A stretch of 32,000 nucleotides of DNA from assembly GCA_023958095.1 (NCBI GenBank), contig JAMLGJ010000013.1, positions 18,244 to 50,243 of the forward strand, given 5' to 3'. Source of the DNA: Microthrixaceae bacterium (GTDB taxonomy: Bacteria > Actinomycetota > Acidimicrobiia > Acidimicrobiales > Microtrichaceae). The notes below the pieces were generated by a model. It saw nothing but the letters and a program-made list of their open reading frames with translations, was not told the origin of the DNA and searched no databases. The position numbers were made by a program, and so were the translations under genes. Positions 25,853 to 32,000 of this stretch are shown here, piece by piece (within the stretch, counting starts at the first letter, position 1; each line of letters opens with the position of its first letter).

Positions 25853-26860
25853 GTGAGCTTCCCCACCAGACGTCCCCGGAGGCTGCGCCGCGGTGAGGCG
25901 ATGCGCAGGCTCGTAGCGGAAACGCACCTCACCGTGGAAGACCTCGTGGCCCCGCTGTTCGTGCGCGAGGGGATCACCTCGCCGGCGCCGATCCGGTCGC
26001 TGCCGGGGGTGGTCCAGCACTCCATCGAGTCGCTGCGCAAGGAGTGCGTGGAGCTCGCGGGTCTCGGGGTGCCGGCGGTGATCCTCTTCGGCGTGCCCGA
26101 GGAGAAGGATGCGGTCGGTTCGTGCGCCTGGGACCCTGAAGGGATCCTCCAGCACGCCATCCGGGAGGTGCGATCCGAGGTCGGCCGCGACATGGTCGTG
26201 ATGGCGGACCTGTGCCTGGACGAGTTCACCGACCACGGGCACTGCGGGGTGATCGGTGCCGACGGCGACGTCGACAACGACCGCACCCTGGAGCTGTACC
26301 AGAAGGTGGCGGTCGCCCAGGCCGAGGCCGGGGTGGACATCTGCGCGCCATCCGGGATGATGGACGGACAGGTCGCGGCGATCCGTTCCGCGCTCGACTC
26401 CGCCGGTGCCCAGGACACGGCGATCCTCGCTTACTCGGCCAAGTACGCCTCTGCTCTCTACGGCCCGTTCCGCGACGCGGTCGGTGTCGAGATCGACGGC
26501 GGGGAGGGTGTGGCGGGAGACCGCCGGGGCTACCAGCAGGACCACCGCAACCTGCGGGAGTCGTTGCTCGAGATCCGCGACGACGTCGAACAGGGTGCCG
26601 ACATGGTGATGGTCAAGCCCGCGCTGAGCTACCTCGACGTGATCGCCGCGGCCCGTGGTGAGGTCGATGTGCCACTGGCCGCCTACCACGTCTCTGGCGA
26701 GTACGCGATGGTCCACGCCGCGGCCGAACGGGGTTGGCTCGACCTCGAGGCGGTGGCGGTGGAGCAGACCACCGCCATCAAGCGGGCGGGAGCCGACTTC
26801 GTTCTCACCTACTTCGCCCGCCTGCTCGCGGAGATGGCTGCCGATGGAGGACTCCGATGA
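25853..26860 (+). CDS. hemB: porphobilinogen synthase (delta-aminolevulinate dehydratase)
   Basis: Blocks RRPRRLRR, the metal-site block DLCLDEFTDHGHCG, the active-site Lys blocks SAKYASALYGPFRDA and DMVMVKPALSYLD, and TYFA at the C-terminus. Confidence 0.9.
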   Translation: MSFPTRRPRRLRRGEAMRRLVAETHLTVEDLVAPLFVREGITSPAPIRSLPGVVQHSIESLRKECVELAGLGVPAVILFGVPEEKDAVGSCAWDPEGILQHAIREVRSEVGRDMVVMADLCLDEFTDHGHCGVIGADGDVDNDRTLELYQKVAVAQAEAGVDICAPSGMMDGQVAAIRSALDSAGAQDTAILAYSAKYASALYGPFRDAVGVEIDGGEGVAGDRRGYQQDHRNLRESLLEIRDDVEQGADMVMVKPALSYLDVIAAARGEVDVPLAAYHVSGEYAMVHAAAERGWLDLEAVAVEQTTAIKRAGADFVLTYFARLLAEMAADGGLR

Positions 26861-28182
26861 AGACCGGAACCACTGACCGGGCCTCGGGCACGCAGTCCGT
26901 GGACGGACCGACCAACGCGGAGCTCTACGAGCGTGCCGCGAAGTGCATACCCGGTGCGGTCAACTCGCCGGTGCGCGCCTTCCGCTCGGTCGGGGGCACC
27001 CCGTACTTCGTCCAGCGGGGAGAGGGTGCGCGGGTGTGGGACGTCGAAGGGCGTTCCTATGTCGACTACGTGCAGTCCTACGGCGCGTCGATCCTCGGCC
27101 ACGCACACCCGCAGGTGGTCGCCGCCGTCGAGTCGGCGGCCCGCCTGGGCAGCACCTTCGGTGCCCCCACCGAGGGCGAGGTGGTGCTGGCCGAGACCCT
27201 CTGCGGGCGTGTGCCCGGCATGGAGCAGGTGAGGTTGGTCTCCTCGGGCACCGAGGCCACGATGTCGGCGATCCGGTTGGCCCGCGGTTTCACCGGCCGC
27301 GACCGGATCGTGAAGTTCGAGGGCAACTACCACGGACACAGCGACTCGCTGCTGGCCGGCGCCGGCAGCGGGGTCGCGGAGGGGTCGCTGTCGAGCTCTA
27401 CCGCACCTGATTCGGCGGGAGTGACCCGGGGAGCGGTCGCGGACACGACCGTGTTGCCCTACAACTCGGTGCCCACCCTGGATGAGACCGTGGCCGTGGT
27501 CTGTGTGGAGCCCGTGGCCGCGAACATGGGGCTGGTGGCACCTCTGCCGGGCTTCCTCGAGGGACTGCGGGCCGAGTGCGACCGAGTGGGTGCGCTGCTG
27601 CTCTTCGACGAGGTGATCACCGGGTTCCGCATCGGCGCCGGTGGAGCGGCACGCGAGTTCGGCATCCAGCCGGACCTGTGGTGCTTCGGAAAGGTCATCG
27701 GCGGGGGGCTGCCCGTCGGAGCGTTCGGTGGGCGGGCCGATGTCATGTCGCACCTCTCCCCCCAGGGGGACGTGTACCAGGCGGGCACCCTGTCGGGGAA
27801 TCCCCTCGCCACCGCAGCCGGTGCGACCGTGCTGTCACTGCTCGACGCCGCCGCCTATGACCGTCTGCGCCACACCGCCGGCGACCTGGCCGAGGGGCTG
27901 GCCGACGCCTTCGCATCGGCCGGGGTGCCTGCAAGGGTGCCCACGGCGGGGCCGTTGGTGGGCATCTTCTTCGGCTCCGGTGAGCCCCCGGTCGACTTCG
28001 CAGGCGCTGCTGCGTCGGTGGCGCTGGGACGCTATCCGCGTTTCTTCCACGGCATGCTCGAGCGGGGCATCGCCCTGGCACCCGGGCCCTACGAGGTGAT
28101 GTTCCCCTCCCTGGCCCATGGCGAGGCGGAGGTTGCCGAGACCGTGGCCGCTGCCCGCGAGGTCGCAGCAGAGATGGACTGA
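26857..28182 (+). CDS. hemL: glutamate-1-semialdehyde 2,1-aminomutase
   Basis: ATG 26857 overlaps the hemB stop (ATGA). Blocks are IPGAVNSPVRAF, SGTEATMSAIRLARG, LLFDEVITGFR and the PLP-Lys block FGKVIGGGLPVGAFGG. Confidence 0.9.
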   Translation: MKTGTTDRASGTQSVDGPTNAELYERAAKCIPGAVNSPVRAFRSVGGTPYFVQRGEGARVWDVEGRSYVDYVQSYGASILGHAHPQVVAAVESAARLGSTFGAPTEGEVVLAETLCGRVPGMEQVRLVSSGTEATMSAIRLARGFTGRDRIVKFEGNYHGHSDSLLAGAGSGVAEGSLSSSTAPDSAGVTRGAVADTTVLPYNSVPTLDETVAVVCVEPVAANMGLVAPLPGFLEGLRAECDRVGALLLFDEVITGFRIGAGGAAREFGIQPDLWCFGKVIGGGLPVGAFGGRADVMSHLSPQGDVYQAGTLSGNPLATAAGATVLSLLDAAAYDRLRHTAGDLAEGLADAFASAGVPARVPTAGPLVGIFFGSGEPPVDFAGAAASVALGRYPRFFHGMLERGIALAPGPYEVMFPSLAHGEAEVAETVAAAREVAAEMD

Positions 28183-28185
28183 GCA

Positions 28186-28995
28186 GTGGGCCAGGGCAAG
28201 CTCGACCGGGCCGCTGCGGAACGGGTCCTGCGACGCGCGGTGCAGCTCGGCGACGAGGCGGGTGCCCCGGAGGACTCCTTCGAGGTGGAGGTCCTGCTCG
28301 AGGCCGCCGCAGACCTCGGCGTGTCCGGCTCCGCGGTGCACCGGGCACTTGCCGAGGAACAGGCAGGGCTGCTCAGCGGTGACCGAGGTCGCCTCGACGC
28401 ACTCGTCGGGCCGGCCAGCATCTCGGTGGCGCGTGTGGTCCCGGTGTCCGCGGCGCAGGCGATGCACCTCACCGACGAATGGCTGCGGCGCCAGTGGGCC
28501 TTCCGACGGATCCGGGCCGGCGACACAGTCGCGCAGTACCGGCGGCGCACCGACATGGTCGCATCCATGCAACGCACCGCGCGCTCGATGAGCGGCAAGG
28601 AGAACGCCGAGAAGGTGCGCAACCTGAGGCTGGTGGTCCGGGAGCTGCCCCGTTCGACCCACACCTCCAACCATGAGGTGTCGATCGTGGCCGTGGTGGT
28701 CGACCTCGAGGCCTCGCGGTCCTTCGCCGAGATGGGTGCCGGGGCGGTGGCCGGTGGCGGCACCCTGCTGTCGGCCATCCCGGCGTTCGGCCAGGGGATC
28801 TGGGTGAGCCTGCTCGGCATCCCGGCCTCGTTCGCGATGGGTGCAGGTGTGCTCGTGGCGCGGCGGGCCTGGACCGGCGGCATCGACGAGGCACTCGAGG
28901 GCCTGCTCGACCGGGTCGAGTCCGGTGAGGCGCCCCCGTCGGTGCTCGGGGGCATCACCGGCCGCTTCCTCGGCGGTGGCGAGGGACGCGGGTGA
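28186..28995 (+). CDS. hypothetical protein with two C-terminal TM segments
   Basis: GTG 28186 lies 3 nt after the hemL stop. The product is 269 aa: a soluble N-terminal region, then GAGAVAGGGTLLSAIPAF and IWVSLLGIPASFAMGAGVLVA. No family recognised. Confidence 0.55.
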   Translation: MGQGKLDRAAAERVLRRAVQLGDEAGAPEDSFEVEVLLEAAADLGVSGSAVHRALAEEQAGLLSGDRGRLDALVGPASISVARVVPVSAAQAMHLTDEWLRRQWAFRRIRAGDTVAQYRRRTDMVASMQRTARSMSGKENAEKVRNLRLVVRELPRSTHTSNHEVSIVAVVVDLEASRSFAEMGAGAVAGGGTLLSAIPAFGQGIWVSLLGIPASFAMGAGVLVARRAWTGGIDEALEGLLDRVESGEAPPSVLGGITGRFLGGGEGRG

Positions 28996-29007
28996 ACCGG
29001 GTCGTGC

Positions 29008-29502
29008 TCAGCCCGCCGGGGTGACCACCAGGCGCACCCGCAACGAGTCGGCGTCCTCCACCAGCTCCAGGGCCCGGTCGACCTCGCCGGTGGTGTCCGC
29101 CACCCCACGGATGGTTGCGTCGGGGTTCATCTGCCACAGGGGCGATGCGTGGGTGGTCACGCGTTGGTCCGCCACCGGCGCAGGAAACCCCGAAGCCTCG
29201 AGGAAGCCCTGTTCGTCGTCGGGGTCGATCGTGAAGGTCACATCCAGTTGCGTGTCGTCGTCGAGGCGGGCGGTGGTGAACCCAGCGGTGCTGGCGGGCA
29301 GCTCCAGGCCGACCAGCTCGGCGATCGAGTCCATGTCGGTCTCGGTCAGATCCAGGCGGGCACGTTGGTCCTCGTCGGCACTCGGGGTGCGGTCGTCGCC
29401 GTCCGTGTCATCGCCGGATCCGCCTGCCACCACCAGCCAGATGCCCAGCACCGCGAGCAGGGCCAGCAGCACCGGCACACCGATGCGCGCCCAGGGCCTC
29501 AC
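29008..29502 (-). CDS. hypothetical membrane-anchored (probably exported) acidic protein
   Basis: GTG 29502 overlaps the stop of the upstream reductase gene (GTGA at 29499-29502, minus strand). It has an N-terminal TM/signal-anchor IGVPVLLALLAVLGIWLVVA followed by an Asp-rich segment. Confidence 0.6.
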   Translation of the reverse strand: MRPWARIGVPVLLALLAVLGIWLVVAGGSGDDTDGDDRTPSADEDQRARLDLTETDMDSIAELVGLELPASTAGFTTARLDDDTQLDVTFTIDPDDEQGFLEASGFPAPVADQRVTTHASPLWQMNPDATIRGVADTTGEVDRALELVEDADSLRVRLVVTPAG

Positions 29503-30785
29503 CGCGTGGACCGGGGCTCGGGGATCACCCTCGCGAGGGTCGACGCGGTCCGGTACACCATCTCGGCGGCACCGAGCTCGTCGTCGCGCAGCAGGTTGGC
29601 CATGATCCGCAGCACCCAGTCCATGAGGGTGCGCGAGCGCATGCCGACCCTCGTCAGCTCGCGCATCAGCGCGGGTCGTCCGATCACCTGTGCGAACAGC
29701 CGCGCCACCTTGAAGTAGAGCCCGTAGGTGTCCTCGAGGATCTCCGGGTAGCGCTGCAGCGGCCACGGCGAGTCGGTGGACATGGCCTCGGCGACCAGTG
29801 AGGCGGCGAGGCGTCCGGTCTCGTAGGCGTAGTCGATTCCCTCGCCGTTGAAGGGGTTGATGCTGCCTGCCGCATCACCCGCGATGAGCCAGTTGGCGCC
29901 CGCCTTGGGGTTCACCGACCCACCCATGGGCAGCCTCCCCCCGGTGGGCGCCTGGGTGGGGGAGGAGGGGTCGATCTCCCAGTAGCCGGGCAGCGTCGCC
30001 GCGAACTCCTCCATCAGGTGCGAGGTGTTGACCGACTTCCAGTCCCGGAAGGTCGACAGCAGCCCGACGCCCACGTTGATGGTTCCGTCGCCCACCGGGA
30101 AGATCCAGCCGTAGCCCGGAAGCGAGTTGCCGGCCCGGTCGCGCACGTCGAGAGCGGACTCGATCCAGGGCTCGTCGTGAAGTGGGCTCTCGTAGTAGGT
30201 CCGGATCGCCATGCCCTGTGGCATGGCGCGGTCACGCACCGCACCCAGGGCACGGCCGAAGCGGGAGTTGGAGCCGTCCGCGACCACGACGTAGTGGGCC
30301 CGCAGCACACCCTCGGAACCATCGGCGGCATCCCGGGTGCGCGCTCCGAGGAGCCGGCCGGCGAACATCAGCGGACCGGTCGCCTCGACCCCGGTGAGCA
30401 CGGTCGCCCCGGCGGCGGCCGCGTTGTCGGCCACCATGGCGTCGAGGTCGCGCCGGCGCACCACGTACCCGTGCGACGGAAAGGTGCCGTGTTCGGGCCA
30501 GCGCAACTCGAGGCTGCGCCCGTGGGCGACCGCCCTCAGGCCGTCGTAGCGGTGGTACGGGGCGAGCTGGTCGCCCAGGCCCATCTCCTCGAGCTGGTGC
30601 ACGGCGCGGGGAGTGAGGCCGTCCCCGCAGGTCTTGTCGCGGGGGAACACCTTCTTCTCCACCACGACCACGTCCAGGCCCGCCCGGGCCGCCCAGTAGG
30701 CGGCCGCGCTGCCGGCGGGTCCACCCCCCACCACCAACAGGTCGTGGATGTGTTGCTCCGAGGGGGCCGCGGCCTGCTCACCCAC
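29499..30785 (-). CDS. geranylgeranyl reductase family FAD-dependent oxidoreductase
   Basis: FAD-binding DLLVVGGGPAGSAAAYWAARAG and KTCGDGLTPRAV, later GDAAGSINPFNGEGI; 428 aa. This resembles the actinobacterial menaquinone/isoprenoid reductase group. Confidence 0.8.
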   Translation of the reverse strand: MGEQAAAPSEQHIHDLLVVGGGPAGSAAAYWAARAGLDVVVVEKKVFPRDKTCGDGLTPRAVHQLEEMGLGDQLAPYHRYDGLRAVAHGRSLELRWPEHGTFPSHGYVVRRRDLDAMVADNAAAAGATVLTGVEATGPLMFAGRLLGARTRDAADGSEGVLRAHYVVVADGSNSRFGRALGAVRDRAMPQGMAIRTYYESPLHDEPWIESALDVRDRAGNSLPGYGWIFPVGDGTINVGVGLLSTFRDWKSVNTSHLMEEFAATLPGYWEIDPSSPTQAPTGGRLPMGGSVNPKAGANWLIAGDAAGSINPFNGEGIDYAYETGRLAASLVAEAMSTDSPWPLQRYPEILEDTYGLYFKVARLFAQVIGRPALMRELTRVGMRSRTLMDWVLRIMANLLRDDELGAAEMVYRTASTLARVIPEPRSTR

Positions 30786-30791
30786 CGGGGG

Positions 30792-31550
30792 TCAGCCGGT
30801 GGGAGGTGTGGCCGACCACTCCTCGAGCACGGTCATGTACTCATCGGCCTGGTCGGGCAGGAGCTCGTTGATCTTGTCCTCGAAGCCCTCTTCCCACACC
30901 GCGATGTCGAACTCCTCGCCACCGAACTCGGTGCGCTCGTGCAGCACCACGTCCATGATCTCCGAAGGCGTGAGCGTCGCTGCCTGCCCCGGCATGCCGC
31001 CCGCGATGGGCTTGTCGGTGGCCCCGTAGGTCGAGAAACCGGCGTCCTGGTAGCCCGCCGAACCCAGGGCAACCCAGGTGATCATGTCGGCCGGCTCGGG
31101 GAAGGTCTCCACGACCGCGCCGCCCGCCATCGCAGGACCGACACCGCCGCCACCGCCTCCGCCGTGGCAGCCGGCACAACCGGCACTGCCGTTGTAGAGC
31201 TCGTTGCCGACCGCGAGTGGGCCCTCGTCGTTGGTGGGCTCACCGAGGGTCCACGCGTAGACGATGAAGAACAGCGGCAGGATCGACAGCGCTGCTGCGG
31301 CCCACCACGGCACCTTCTTGCGGGACTCGGCGGCCTCGACCCATGGAGGAGTCGGTTCGGGCTCCGGCTCGGGTTCGGGGACCGCGGGTGCTGCCGGCGC
31401 AGCTGCAGCCGGAGCGGGCGAGCCGGTCGTGGCGGGCGCCGCGGCGGCGTCGCCCCCCGAAGGTGCAGCGTCGTCGCCGCCACCCTCCCCGGTCAGTGCT
31501 GCCCGGCGCTGCCTGCTGCGCTGCAGGAGATGCTCTGGAATCTCGGTCAA
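30792..31550 (-). CDS. membrane-anchored mono-haem class I cytochrome c
   Basis: It has a single CAGCH haem-binding motif and a later GGMPGQ candidate axial Met. One TM segment (WWAAAALSILPLFFIVYAW) follows an Ala/Pro-rich head. I place the start at TTG 31550 (GGAGG 7 nt upstream) within track ORF 30792..31649; the start is uncertain. Confidence 0.7.
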   Translation of the reverse strand: MTEIPEHLLQRSRQRRAALTGEGGGDDAAPSGGDAAAAPATTGSPAPAAAAPAAPAVPEPEPEPEPTPPWVEAAESRKKVPWWAAAALSILPLFFIVYAWTLGEPTNDEGPLAVGNELYNGSAGCAGCHGGGGGGGVGPAMAGGAVVETFPEPADMITWVALGSAGYQDAGFSTYGATDKPIAGGMPGQAATLTPSEIMDVVLHERTEFGGEEFDIAVWEEGFEDKINELLPDQADEYMTVLEEWSATPPTG

Positions 31551-31853
31551 CGCTTGCCTCCGCGCGTCGCTTTGCGTGGTCCGGCCCCACCGTTGTGCGG
31601 TACCGGGCGGACCGGCCCACTCTATGCAACCGGGGGCCTCGCGGACCAAGCCACGGAGGTGACGCCACGCCGTGTGCGCGGACCGGCGTTGGCTGCGTGC
31701 GCAAATGTGCTTCGCGCCATGGTGCCGTGGTAAACCTGCGGCGGTCGATGGGCGGGCCCTAGCCGGTTCACCGTGGACCTACACTGATCGAACAACGACA
31801 CCCGCCCACCGGGCGAGGGAACCGTCCGGCGGGCGGTTCCACAGGAGGTAAAC

Positions 31854-32000
31854 GTGGTCGCATTCATCACGTCGCTGGTGTTGATGGTGGCGATGCTGAT
31901 ACCGGTGTTCTGGTTCGCCAAGCGTCGCCGCGTGGGTGACCCGTTCACCTGGGGCGAGGCCGTCGTGGCCGGCACCTACGTCTTCTTCGTGTTGTTCTGG
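31854..32000 (+). CDS. hypothetical integral membrane protein, N-terminal fragment (runs off the right edge)
   Basis: GTG 31854 lies 5 nt after a perfect AGGAGG (31843-31848). Manual translation gives MVAFITSLVLMVAMLIPVFWFAKRRRVGDPFTWGEAVVAGTYVFFVLFW, open to the window end. It is not in the ORF track because no stop is reached. Confidence 0.6.
   Translation, partial: MVAFITSLVLMVAMLIPVFWFAKRRRVGDPFTWGEAVVAGTYVFFVLFW

Noticed and set aside
31331-31390. GAGCCC/GAACCC-type periodicity encoding PEPEPEPEP in the cytochrome c head, with a similar PEPEPG in EncFtn.
   Set aside because: This is a low-complexity linker-coding sequence within supported ORFs, not an independent repeat element.
30018-31733. 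A 571-aa plus-strand ORF spanning the reductase and cytochrome c genes.
   Set aside because: It is a shadow ORF, Arg/Gly/Pro/His-rich with no motifs. The minus strand carries clear FAD-binding and CXXCH-containing proteins.

Overview
This is a visibly GC-rich stretch of bacterial chromosome; I did not compute the GC value. Gene content points to Actinomycetota: mshA for mycothiol synthesis, an RsiG-like protein, DUF3039, and a mshA-ybjN...proC...rex-hemACDB-hemL arrangement that I recall from other actinobacteria. All protein calls rest on motifs I read in the supplied translations, on start-codon, RBS and overlap geometry, and on third-position GC bias. No database search was run.

I can support about 40 genes:
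- 1-3.2 kb: a nitroreductase/GT4 glycosyltransferase pair and a divergent acidic membrane-anchored protein.
- 3.3-7.3 kb: a MauE-like protein followed by an ABC-2 exporter (one ATPase, two permeases).
- 7.8 kb: tRNA-Lys(UUU).
- 8.6-9.9 kb: a two-gene Family 1 encapsulin operon, with an EncFtn cargo carrying an SLRIGSLRD targeting motif plus a 268-aa shell. Upstream on the same strand are a SnoaL-like gene and an AI-2E-family transporter.
- 12-15 kb: DUF3039, a histidine phosphatase, a MoaD-like sulfur carrier and a divergent CdsA-like membrane protein with a poly-basic KKQPQ-repeat head.
- 15.3 kb: an RsiG-like protein with two E-x3-S-x2-R-x3-Q/H-x3-D motifs.
- 16-21.8 kb: an XRE regulator, mshA-ybjN, proC, a DUF62/SAM-hydrolase family gene, an unannotated 26-codon hydrophobic micro-ORF and fadD.
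- 21.9-28.2 kb: rex with a candidate Rex operator, then hemA-hemC-hemD-hemB-hemL.
- 28.2-31.6 kb: an unknown membrane protein, and a minus-strand cytochrome c / geranylgeranyl reductase / membrane-protein operon.

The most unusual non-genic signals are two perfect tandem duplications. A 33-bp unit sits at 4811-4904 and a 22-bp unit at 21748-21844. Each begins inside the last codons of a gene and repeats that gene's stop codon.

I found no defence island, mobile element, CRISPR array or clearly unprecedented multi-gene system. The encapsulin locus is the most system-like element, but it belongs to a known family.
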